Under the pieces are notes generated by a model that did no database searches, was not told the origin of the DNA, and saw only the letters and a list, made by a program, of their open reading frames with translations. The translations under genes were made by a program, and so were the position numbers. A stretch of 64,000 bases of DNA from Bilabrum cf. latius (lineage: Eukaryota), in assembly GCA_965178125.1 (NCBI GenBank), contig OZ237776.1, positions 372,001 to 436,000 on the forward strand. The letters run 5' to 3'. Within the stretch, counting starts at the first letter, position 1. Each line of letters starts with the position of its first letter. This document shows, one piece after another, positions 53,426-63,601 of the stretch.

Positions 53426-55115
53426 ACCAGCACCAGCACCAGCACCAGCTCCAGCACCAGCACCAGCACCAGCACCAGCACCAGCACCGGCACCAGCTCC
53501 AGCACCAGCACCAGCACCAGCGCCAGCTCCAGCACCAGCCCCAACACCAGCACAGCCACAGCCACAGACCCATGGCCAGGCCGGTGGCAGGCCCTCGATC
53601 GACACGCAAGCGGCGCAGGTGCATCCCCAGCCGAGCCCGCCGCGCTCTGTTCCCGGCCACACCGGCCCTGGGACTAGGACGGGGCAGGCAGGCTCCAACG
53701 GCGGCCAGGGAACAACGGTCGGTCAGGGAACAACGGCTGTGCAGGGCCACAGGCATGGGCAGGGCTCTGGGCATGGACACGGGCACGGGCATGGGCACAG
53801 GGTGGGGCAGCAAGTGATGCCGCGGCCCCCGGGCCCTCAGTGGGGCCTCCCTCGGCTGCAGGGGATCACCTTCGAGAATTTCACGTTCAAGAGGACCCGC
53901 GTGAACGTGCAGATGAGCATGTTTTTCTATGCGGGGACTGCCGCGGGGGCGAGCAAGCCATCTGCCGGTGGTACCCAGGGCCAGGGGCAGGGGCAGGGGC
54001 AGGGGCAAGGATAGATCAGTTACCGCTCCGTCAAGTTTCACTTGACTCGCGGGGGGGCGGGCACGGGTACGGGTACCGCAGGGTCGGGCGGGGCTGGTGC
54101 CGCGGGCGGCGAGGGAGCAGGGAAGTACAAAGACAGCAGCAGGGACAGGGACAGGGACACGGATAGGGATGGAGACAGCCCTGAGAAAATCGCCACGGAA
54201 CTCGTGCATTGGGGGCTCCTGCATCCACTGGACCACGGCACATGCGCCCGCTGGTTGCAGCTGGGCCTGGGCCAGATCCGGCACCAGCCCCACGCCTTCA
54301 CGCGCCCCATGCTGGACCGGCTGTACGAGGGGGGCATCCTCAGCGCGCCTGAAGAGGACGCGGCGGCGGTGGGCGTGGATCCGCACCTCGCGGGGATGGC
54401 GCGCATGCCAGAGCAGCTGCGGAACCGGGCGGTCGGCGCGGCGCCTCCCGCGGTCGCGGCTGCGCTCGGCATCACCGTCCCACCCGAGCTGCCTCCCAGG
54501 GCGGCGCAGGGGCCTCAAACCGGAACTGCTGTCACCGGCCCACTGGCAAGTGGTGCTGGCGGGGCTGGAGCCTCTGCTGGTCCTGGTACCGTCACTGTGC
54601 CATCTGCCCAGCCGGGCCAGGGGCAGGGGCAGGGGCAGGGGCAGGGGCAGGGGCAGGGGCAGGGGCAGGGGCAGGGGCAGGGGCAGGGGCAGGGGCAGGG
54701 GCAGGGGCAGGGGCAGGGGCAGGGGCAGGGGCAGGGGCAGGGGCAGGGGCAGGGGCAGGGGCAGGGGCAGGGGGTCCATGGCAGGCAGCCGAGCACAATG
54801 GCGCACCCCGTGGTGCGGTCAGGCAGTGTGACGAGTGTGTCGGCGGCGGCTCCGAGTCCGGGGCAGGGGCTGCACAGGCCGCTCGCCTCCGATGCTGGGT
54901 ATGGCATGGGCTAGGGGCAGGGGTAGAGTTAGAGTCAGGGGTAGGGGCACAGGCAGAGCTAGAGCCAGGCCCAGACTCAGGGCCACGGGCAGGGGTAGAC
55001 CCAGGGGCAGGAGTCTGGCTTGGAGCGCACGGTTAGCGGAGCCATGCAGCCACAGCCGTATCCTGGCACGGAGCCGTAGATCCAGAGAGGTGCCGCGGGA
55101 CAGGGCAGGGGTTGA
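51919..55115 (+). CDS. WNK/NRBP-like kinase-fold protein (probable pseudokinase) with PF2/CCT-like domain and AP/GQ repeats, ~1018 aa, 2 exons (51919-52661, 52802-55115)
   Basis: VTETVTSGTL, WSKQILEGLAHMHSLNPPKAHGDLRLSNMYIHGESGDVLIGS, FVAPE, ADIYAFGLCLLQM, RPTARQLL; later KFHL..DSPEKIATELVHWGLLHPLD. Reading TAG 52015 through extends the start from 52021 to 51919; ends in TGA. Confidence 0.85.
52662..52801 (+). other. Spliceosomal intron (140 nt) in the WNK/NRBP-like gene
   Basis: GTGAGA...C/T-rich tract...CGCAG; removal gives TSGTLQSYVKR, matching the WNK TSGTLxxYxxR motif. Confidence 0.88.
53334..53543 (+). repeat. Coding hexamer tandem repeat (GCACCA)n, ~35 units, encoding (Ala-Pro)n
   Basis: Directly visible; variant units GCTCCA/GCACCG/GCGCCA are synonymous in the kinase frame. 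Confidence 0.95.
54621..54770 (+). repeat. Perfect coding hexamer repeat (GGGCAG)25 encoding (Gly-Gln)25
   Basis: Directly visible, 150 nt. Confidence 0.95.
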
Positions 55116-55395
55116 GCACGCGCCCGCGCGCTTGCCACTGGTCGCTTTGCTTCGCGTTGTTTGGCCCAGTCGTGCATGTAGTAGCATGACTTTTTATGTT
55201 CTGGTCCTTTTAACACGCCTCTGGTCGCTCGTCGCTTCTTCGTTGGTTCCCTCGCAATGACGAGTGTCAGCGGCTCAGCGACAGAATTGGCTTTGTGTCG
55301 GTAAAGCGTTTCACTCACGAGCGCAGTTGTGTCAAAACTTTGCAAAGTTTGATACTCAAGGCTTGGTTGTGGTATCGGCAGGCACTCAAGCGGTA

Positions 55396-56505
55396 ATGAG
55401 CTTTTCATCGTCACCACAATCTCAGGGGAGCGGTGCATTGAGCTCCCTGCCGAAGAGGCCGTTCTGGAGAACCGAGCGAATCCAATGGGCCGCAATGTCT
55501 GCAGCTGCAGTCGCTACCGGGGGCTTTATCTGGTGGTACCTTGGTGGCTGGGAAGGAAACCCCCTTGCAAAGCACGCGAGGTTACTTCTAGACACAGTCG
55601 ATGCCAACGCCACGAACTGTGAAAAGAGGCTTTTAGAGATTCTGGAGGACGTTAAGACGATTGCAAAGGCCACGAAACGTATGGCTGATCTCTCGGATGG
55701 AGTCGAGGATCCCGACCCGGAAGAGTGGGAGGCTCGCAAGAAGGTCTTGGAGGCACTGGTAGCGCAGCGCCGGTTACCACCGACAGAGCTCTCGCGCCGC
55801 ACCGTCACGGAAGAGTCTGCAGTAGTAGTATCCAAGGCGGCAGAAATTACCGGAAAATCGCTGCAGGCTCTGAAAGTAGTGCTGGAGGAGCAGCAGAAAG
55901 CCCTGGACAGGCTGGCAGGCAAGATGGCGTACGAGGGCGCTCGTGCCCGCGTGACAGCGGCCAACAGCAAGAAAACGGATTCCAAGTCAAGCAAAACTGA
56001 CGCAAAAACATCTGGCGCTGGCGAAGATGACGCCCCGGCGAGGGACCCATCCCTGGACGTCGTGCCTGCCTGGATCGTGGCCAGGCGCAAGGAGGTGAGC
56101 GCCCGCGTGGCTGCTCTCCTGGACGCCAGGCCCAAGGGGCAGCAGTACAGGAAAGTAGGCGCCGCGCAGGGGACCGCGGCGGGGTCCTCTGACGTGGGCG
56201 CGGGTCATGAGATGCGCTCTGTGGCGCAGGCGCAGGTGGTGATGGCCCAGTCCATGCGTGACTTCAGGAGGGGCCTTCCCTCCAGGCCGCAGGCGCCGTC
56301 GCAGGGGAGAGTCGCTGGGGGCATGGCGGGGGGCAGACTGGGCGGCGTGAGGCTCGGTGGTGGTGGTGGAGGAGGAGGGGGAGGGGGAGGGCAGCAGCTG
56401 CTGCAGCCCGCTGGAACTGGACCTCTTGCGGCAGCGGGAGGGTCAGGAGGGCCAGCTCCGCCGAAGCTGGCCAGGGAACAGAGCCAGGCACCGTACCACC
56501 AGTGA
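55396..56505 (+). CDS. Hypothetical protein, ~369 aa, one probable N-terminal TM segment followed by helical/coiled-coil regions
   Basis: Long ORF with coding-like composition; WAAMSAAAVATGGFIWWYLGG hydrophobic stretch; first in-frame ATG at 55396; ends in TGA. Confidence 0.65.
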   Translation: MSFSSSPQSQGSGALSSLPKRPFWRTERIQWAAMSAAAVATGGFIWWYLGGWEGNPLAKHARLLLDTVDANATNCEKRLLEILEDVKTIAKATKRMADLSDGVEDPDPEEWEARKKVLEALVAQRRLPPTELSRRTVTEESAVVVSKAAEITGKSLQALKVVLEEQQKALDRLAGKMAYEGARARVTAANSKKTDSKSSKTDAKTSGAGEDDAPARDPSLDVVPAWIVARRKEVSARVAALLDARPKGQQYRKVGAAQGTAAGSSDVGAGHEMRSVAQAQVVMAQSMRDFRRGLPSRPQAPSQGRVAGGMAGGRLGGVRLGGGGGGGGGGGGQQLLQPAGTGPLAAAGGSGGPAPPKLAREQSQAPYHQ

Positions 56506-56681
56506 TTCTGATGGATGGACTGGATAAGGGGTTCGGGGGGTGTTGGCGGTGCGGTGGATGGATTGCCGTGTGGTGGTGAACAGCAAACTAGTGTACCAAT
56601 GGACACAACTCATCATTGAGACCAGCAATTATCAATACCAGTTGCTGGCAAGATTCTTTTCAATGCTCAGCTGCAGTATCA

Positions 56682-57947
56682 TCACTGCCTCCTCCGACCA
56701 GCACCCCTCTCTCCACTCTGTTCCCTGCCCCACGCCCGCAGCGCATCATGCACCCCGAACGCAACCGCACTCCCCACGCCGGACTTGATGGCACTAGGAA
56801 ATACACCGCGGAAAAAAGCCGCCGTGCCGCCGTGTCTCCACAGCCACCGTGCGCAATGCGCGGCGCCGCGGAACTTGCGGAACTTCCCCGCCCCCGCCCC
56901 CTCGCCGCTCCCGCTGGAGTGGGGGTGCCCCGGCCCAACCCCAACCCCGTGGTGCCCTGCCACCTGCAGCTGCCTGCGGACCGTGTCTAGAGGAAACACG
57001 GCCACTTTGGCCAGTACACCCGCGCTCCAACCGGCCAAAGTGGACACCCATGCAGTGTGGGCCACTGTAGACCCGCCAGGGGCCGCACCGGTCCTTGCGG
57101 ATGCAGACCCTGGGGCAGTAGTTGCGGTTGCCTGATCCCCCCCCCCTGTACTTCCCCCATCAAGCACCCCCGCAAGCAGCCCCTTGATCCCGAAGAGCGC
57201 CCCCACCTGGGGGGCAACCGCCACGGCAGCCACGCCCGCCCCCCGCCACATGAGCTGCGGCTTGCCCTGGGCCACGCACACGTCCCATGCGGCACCCACC
57301 CCGCTCGTGTATCGCATGCTCCCTTGCTGCCCCGCTAGCAAGGTGCGCGCCCAGTCAAATGGGTAGGTGGCCACGGTCGCGCCCGCGCTGGCAGCAGCAC
57401 CCGCGATGGTGTCCACCCCCGCATCCCCGAGGGCGACCCGACCCCCCCTACTGTCCCCATCACCTCTGGGGGTTTTCCCTCCCCACAGCACCCCCCGCAT
57501 GCCCCTTTGTACGGCCTCGAACAGCGGAAACTGCACCGCCATGTAGCTCGAATACAGGCCCATCCCCGCGAGGTTGCCACGCCAGAAGGCACCCGGCCCC
57601 CCCTCCGCCCATAGGGCGCGGGCCACGCCCCGCATGGTCAGGTGCTGGCGGGGCTGGATCGCACGTGAAGCAGTAGAGGCCAGTGCCGAACCAGAAGCAG
57701 AACGAGCACTAGCACCAGCACCAGCATCAGCACCAGCACCGGCGCCGGCGCCGGCAGCCGCCGCTGCCAGCTGCATGCGTATCTTGAGAATGTCCAGCGG
57801 GGCCGTGGCCAGGCGGGAGGCAACTCCTGCCGCGGCTCCTGCCGCCGCGGACGTGGCCGAGTCTCTCGTACTGGGCTTGTTAGATGTTTTAGAGTTACCG
57901 CGTTTCTAACCCGTGTCCGTGTCCGCAGCACGGCTCGATCCTGTCAT
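56682..57947 (-). CDS. Mitochondrial carrier family protein, thiamine-pyrophosphate carrier (SLC25A19/TPC1)-like, ~421 aa
   Basis: Three Px[DE]xx[KR] signatures (APLDILKIRMQL, YPFDWART, FPLDTVRRQLQ) and FWRGNLAGMGLYSSYMAVQF. The first repeat joins ATG 57947 only by reading TAG at codon 14. Ends in TGA TGA. Confidence 0.85.
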
Positions 57948-58495
57948 TGCGCTTGCTTTGGCTTTCGTCTCTTGCGCACGCCAGCAGCGGAGTCTCCAGC
58001 AGATAGATGGTCACTGCCTGATGCAGCGCTCTGTTGCTTTAATTCTTGTCTAGCTTCTTCTCTAGCGGCTATTCTCTAAGCCTCCAACCAGGCCTTTCGT
58101 TCCGCGGGCGAGAAGCTAGCCAGCAACTTGGCCTCAGCGGCTTCGCGATCTGTTCGTTGCGGCGGCCAGAAGCACCACTACGGAAGAACAATGCACGCAA
58201 GCACGCAAATAGCCGTAGCAGCAGATATAACCGTGTCGTCCTCCCACCAGCGCCACTCCTTTGCTTGCACTTGGTCCAGTGGTGCGGCGCCGGAGCTTAA
58301 TCCAGCAGGTGGCGTTGGAGCGACGTTTGCGTCTGCCGCAGCTGCAAGCATACAGTACCTAACGATCCCAGATCAGCCGCTGGGACTCCGTGGATACAAT
58401 AGGCCAGCATTCGTGTGCAAAATTTGGAGCCTGGCGAACGTTCGACAGCAGAGGAGCACACGAAAACTCTACAGGACAGTCACGGCTGTTCCGGA

Positions 58496-59546
58496 ATGTC
58501 GAGTGCTTCATCGGATGATAGATATGTGGTTGTACCAGGAGACACGATCACCTCGGAGACTGGGTTTATGCAGTGAGTCGCATGTGCGCTAGAAATCGCT
58601 AGTGAAGGTACACTCCGAATAGAAGAATGCCGTCAATCCCGACCATTGTACGTCTTGTTGTTGAAATTAAGATTGAATCTGTAATATTCTCCGTATGAAG
58701 CATCGCAGGGGCTAGGGCGTATTCCAACGGCGGACGGGAAAGCCTTCTGGTGCCAGCTCCGGCGCAGCCAGCGCGTCGGCCACCGTGGGGTCTGCAGTTC
58801 CCGAGCTATCGGCAGCCGACCTCGGGGCGCGTGGTATGTCATCATCTAGTGGAGAACTGGCTGCAAGCGTCTCTGGCGCGGTGGAGCGCGTGAACCAGCT
58901 GGTCCGCGTGCGCGCCGCCCGCTCTAGGTATGCCCCAGAGGCGGGCGACGTGCTGGTGGGCCGTGTGCAGGGCGTGGGTGCCAAGGCCTGGCGAGTGGAC
59001 GTGGGGGCCAGGCAGCTGGGCGTGCTCACCCTGGGCGGCGTACTGCTGACGGACGGCGCGCAGAGGACTAGGACAGCAGCGGATTCGCTGGGGATGCGGT
59101 CTCTGCTCCCCGAGGGCGCTCTGGTGGCATGCGACGTCTAGCAGGTTGCAACCGACGGGGCACCCATGCTGCACACCCGGTCCCAGCAGTTCGGCAGGTT
59201 GGACGCCGGCTGCGTGGTGAGGGTGGGCGCGGAGTGCGTGCCCCCACAACCCAGGCACATCGTCCCGCAGCTGCCGAGTCCCCTCGGGCTGGTGGCAGCA
59301 GTGCTCGGCAGGAACGGGGCGGTGTGGCTGGGGCCCTCTGTGAGCGATGCGGAGGTGGCTGATTGGTTCCGCTCGGGCGCGGCGCCGGAGGCCAGCCGCG
59401 GGTCGAAGGACCCCTCGGGTCCGGGCAGGTTGCGGGCCGCCGCGGTGGAGGAGAGGGGCGGTGTGACGAGTGCGATGGGGCCGGGGGCGGGGCGCGCAGG
59501 TGCTTCTGCGTCGGATAGGGATGGTACGGGGCGGGACCAGACCGCG

Positions 59547-59579
<33 letters not shown>

Positions 59580-59969
59580 CGGGGCCGCACTGCGACCGGC
59601 CCGGCGGACTTGCACGCGAGCAGGAGGCGGCTGCTGTCCGTGATGCCGGTGGGCCCGCTGGCGCGTCGATAGATCGCCATGGCCCGGGCCTGCTGCCTGC
59701 TGCTGGGCAAGGCGAGGCGGGCGGTGACACCCGCCGGTGTGTCTGCGCTGGCCGGGGCGGCGCTGCGGATGGGCGTGTCGCCGCTGGGGCTGAGTGACCC
59801 GGGGACGGGCAAGGCAGCCATGGCACTCGCAGATGGAGGCGGGGCAAGAGGGGATGTGCCTGGGGGCAGCGGCAGTAGTATTGAGGAGGGCAGTGGTAGC
59901 AAGCAGGAGGATGCCTCACTAGCCAGGAGAAGAGCGGAGCAGCTCAGGGCGCTGGCGGCCGGCTCTTGA
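58496..59969 (+). CDS. RRP4: Exosome complex component RRP4/EXOSC2, ~445 aa, 2 exons (58496-58572, 58709-59969)
   Basis: VVVPGDTITSETGFM, LAASVSGAVERVNQLVRV, RYAPEAGDVLVGRV, WRVDV, EGALVACDV*QVATDGAPMLHTRS, VLGRNGAVW; 3 TAGs read through; ends in TGA. Confidence 0.93.
58573..58708 (+). other. Spliceosomal intron (136 nt) in RRP4
   Basis: GTGAGT...CGCAG; removal gives GFMQG*GVF, aligning with the family GFMRGHGTY motif. Confidence 0.88.
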
Positions 59970-60116
59970 CACCCGATTAGCCTTGTATGTATCATAGTTT
60001 TCTGTACAGACGAAGCGAGAAACAAGAAGCACGCGTAGACGGCTAAGTTCATTTTCAATGGTGCTCAGACCACGACCCACGAACATTTGAGATTTCGAAT
60101 CGCTTTCTCGCCGCAG

Positions 60117-61762
60117 TCATGAATACTTGAGTGCAGCGCCCGGTGTCTCCGGTGTCGCACCACCGCGCGATGCACCCTCCCGCAGCCTGGCCAAGAAAGC
60201 GTCCTCCTCCCCGGTCTGCCCCCCTGCGGCCCCGTGCACCCCCACCCCGGGGACCTCCACTGCAGCCCCTGCAGACCCCTGGCCCTGCCCCGCCCTCCGG
60301 CCAGCCACCGGGGGCGACTCACCGACACCGCCCCCTTGCATCGCACCGTACCCGCTTTCTCGCAGAAACCCAGGGCTCCTCAACCCCGCACCACCGTGCG
60401 ATGCACCCTCCCCCTCCCCGCCCTCACCGCCCCCAGCATCCCCTCCCAGCACCAGCCCCCGCAGCGACCGCAGCACGCCCTCGTCCTCCACAAGCCGGAG
60501 AACAACTTCACGACGTTCGTCGGGAGACAGCTCAGACAGCGGCCGGCGCGGCACCGACACACCGCCCCCACGACTCCCCGCCCCCGCGCTGCCCCTGCCC
60601 CTCTTCCTCCGCTGGCCCTCCTTCCTGACCTCCTCCAGACAAGCGAGGAACAGATCCTCCGCCTCCCCGCGGGCGCGGTCGTCAGCGGCCCGCGCGGCCC
60701 GCAGCTGACGCACCCGCGTCCGCTCCGCCGCCAGCTGGGATGTGAGGCGCTGCACAGCCCCCGCCAGCCTCTGCTCTCGCTCGCTGCGGCCCTGCTGCTG
60801 CCCCCCGTCGGGCCCCGCGCCCCCGCCGATGTCGCCCTGTTCCCCACCGGTGGCGTGGGCCGCCGCTGCCTGCGCCGTGGACCGCATGCGCCACCGACTG
60901 GTTCCGCTATTCACGGCGCCGGACCCCTGCCCCGCCTGGGCCTCAGGCACCAGCCCACCGGTGAGGGCTGCAGACCCAGCCAGGCCCAGCGCGCCGCTCC
61001 GCCTGTCCCCTGCAGCGCCGTGCGATGCACCCATATCCGATCCCATGGATGCACCGGCGTCCACCTGCGGCACCCCTGTCCCTGTCCCCGCGCCCACCAT
61101 CCTCATCTCCAGCTCAGCCCGCAGCAGTTTGTTGTCCTTCTTGGCGGCCTTGAGCTGCCTCTCCAAAAAGGACCTGTCTTCCTCCACCGCCTGCAGCTGG
61201 CCGCGCACCGCCTGGAGGTCCCGCTTGAGCGCGTGTGTAAATTTGTTCAGCCGGAGCGCTTCTTTCCTGAACCACTCGCACTCCTCCGTGAGCCTCTCCA
61301 CGCGAGCATCCCTCTCCTGCTTGAGGCGAGTGGCGTCTGCCTTGTCGCGCCAGGCCTAAAGCTCGCGCTGCACGGTGTACATGTGCCCGCGATACGCGCT
61401 CAGGAACTCCCGCTCTTGCTGCTTCAGAAGCGTGTCGATTTTGCTCGTCAGGCTCCCAACCACGGTGCTCAGCTGCGTGTGCAGGCGCCGGACCCTCGGC
61501 ATGGACGACGGTTCGGGGACACTGGAAGCATCGGCACCGCCGCCTCGCAGTGATGTGAGAAACGCATCTTTTCCAAACCCTTCAGCCTGCGGGGGCAAGC
61601 AAAATATTCGACTAGAGACATGGAGGTCGTTCAGTGCTTAGTGTGAAGCGTGTCGCGGCAACTTTGAGAGAATGATCCGGATTGTAATCGGCTCACAGAG
61701 ACCCCTGAAGTCTTTTGCTCGGAGTGAGAAGACACTCCAGCGCTTGCATCCGGAGATGCCAT
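60117..61762 (-). CDS. Coiled-coil protein of unknown function, ~511 aa, 2 exons (61762-61697, 61586-60117)
   Basis: EREFLSAYRGHMYTVQREL*AWRDK..EECEWFRKEALRL..LEEDR-like heptad region; one TAG at 61356-61358; 110-nt intron 61587-61696 (GTGAGC...CGCAG) keeps the frame; ends in TGA. Confidence 0.75.
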
Positions 61763-61844
61763 GGCTGGACGCCGGTTGTGCCGCCCAAGATAGCGGTTAG
61801 CGACGTGAGGCATGGTATGCAGCTGCGCTTTGATCGGAGCAATC

Positions 61845-63587
61845 ATGGGTAGCAGCGGAGCAGAAACAGGTGCAAGCATGAGTAGGTCTGGCACTGTGAG
61901 CTCTACTTTAGTAACTTTGTGGACTATCGTATCGAACGCCCGGAGTTGTAGCGATACTTGGCACGATGACTCTTTCTTTCCAGGCTTTTCGATTTGCCGC
62001 TGCTGAGAATAGTGCCAGTTTTGCCTGCGCTAGCGAATTAAGTCTCTATCCACCTGCTCCCTTATGTATTTCGTTGTTATTGAAACATCTGAATCGCAGG
62101 GGACGATCGATGCAACGGGGGAGGGCGTGCCGGTGCAGGGCGGCGTTCCGGCTGCCAAGCATTCGGGCGGCTCCTCTTCCAGCGACGATGAATACGTCGT
62201 GACAAACATTTAGAATACGACAGGATAGGAGGCCAAATCCAGGTGGCAGACCTGGAACAGGCGGGTATTGTCGAGCTTCGTGATGGTGATCGCAGCCAAC
62301 CTGCTGCTGCTGTATGGCCGGCAGCTCGCAATCGTGCTGCTGATTTTCTTCCTGCAGGCAAACATCTACAGGGAGCTCGTGCTGATTTCCATCCGCCACG
62401 ACGAGGAGCGGCAGCAGCCCACGTTCAAGTTTTTCTACTACTACTGGTTCATCGTGTGCGCATTCTTCTTCTACGTGCGCACTCTGCGGGAGCACTTCGA
62501 GCCTCTCACCGAGCAGCACTGGGCCTTTCAGTGGGCGGTCAGGAACCACGTGCCGGTGTCTTTCTTCGCTTACATGTTCGGGATCGTGCTGTTCGTGGTC
62601 TCCCTGCAGCGGCGCAGGAGGTTCGTGTACATGTTCACGCAGTTCTCCTTCTGCCACATGGCCCTCCTGGCTGTGGTGCTGCAGTCGACCTACCTGGCGG
62701 CCAACGTGTTCAACGGGATAATCTGGTTCGCGGTGCCCTGCGGGCTGGTGGTGTGCAACGATTGCTTCGCGTACATCTTCGGTTTCTTCTTCGGGCGCAC
62801 TCAGATCGTGCCCAAGCTGAGCAAGAAGAAGACCTGGGAGGGTTTCGCGGGGGCCTTCCTGGCCACGCTCGTGTTTGCCTGGTATTTCACCATGTTCTGG
62901 GAGAGGGTGGAATGGGCGGGGATCAACCGAGTGGCGCTCTGTCCCTCCCGCGGGTTTCAGTGGGAGACGCCGAGCTGCGACCCACTGACCGTGGACGGGG
63001 GGATCCACGGGCCGAGGCCGTTCACGCAGTTCCACATCGGGCGGGCGCTGGACAACCACGTCATGCGGCCGCTGGGTGCGAGCTTCCTGCTTGGCTTCGA
63101 TTGCTCCGAGTTCCAGCTCCACGCTCTGGTGATGGCCACCTTCGCCAGCCTGGTGGCCCCCTTCGGTGGATTCTTCGCTTCGGGGGTGAAGCGGACCCTT
63201 GGGCTGAAGGACTTCGGGAGCTCTTTGCGGGACCATGGGGGCTTCACGGACCGGATGGACTGCCAGCTGGTGATGGGGTCTTTCTCGTACATGTACTCGC
63301 ACTACTTCATCCCGCTGGGGCTGCCGCAGCCGGTGGCGGCTCAGGCGCTCCTTCAGGCGGTGCTGGCGCTGCCGTCGGCGGATCAGGGGAGGCTTGTGCG
63401 GCGGCTGGTAGACGCGGTTGGCATGGACGGTGCGTCGCTGCAGGCGCTGTGCTCTGGTGTGCACGGCGCCACTGCGTTCTGGGAAGGGGCGGCGGGGGCG
63501 GGGGCGGGGGCGGGGGCTGCTGTGGAAGCCGATGGCGCTGGGGGAGTTGCAGCGGGGGCGGGTGCCGTGGGAGGAGGCGAATTGTAA
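61845..63587 (+). CDS. CDS: Phosphatidate cytidylyltransferase (CDP-diacylglycerol synthase), ~512 aa; first exon (61845-61895) tentative
   Basis: VVCNDCFAYIFGFFFGRT, LSKKKTWEGFAG, FASLVAPFGGFFASGVKR, KDFGSSLRDHGGFTDRMDCQ signature. CGCAG acceptor ends at 62099; candidate GTGAG donor at 61896 is in phase. Two TAGs in the N-terminal region; ends in TAA. Confidence 0.9.
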
Positions 63588-63601
63588 TCAAAAAGGACAT
63601 T

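Noticed and set aside
53189-54907. Minus-strand ORFs with (GA)n, (LV)n, (WC)n, (PC)n, (PL)n runs
   Set aside because: Alternative-frame readings of the AP and GQ hexamer repeats; unit variants are synonymous in the + kinase frame.
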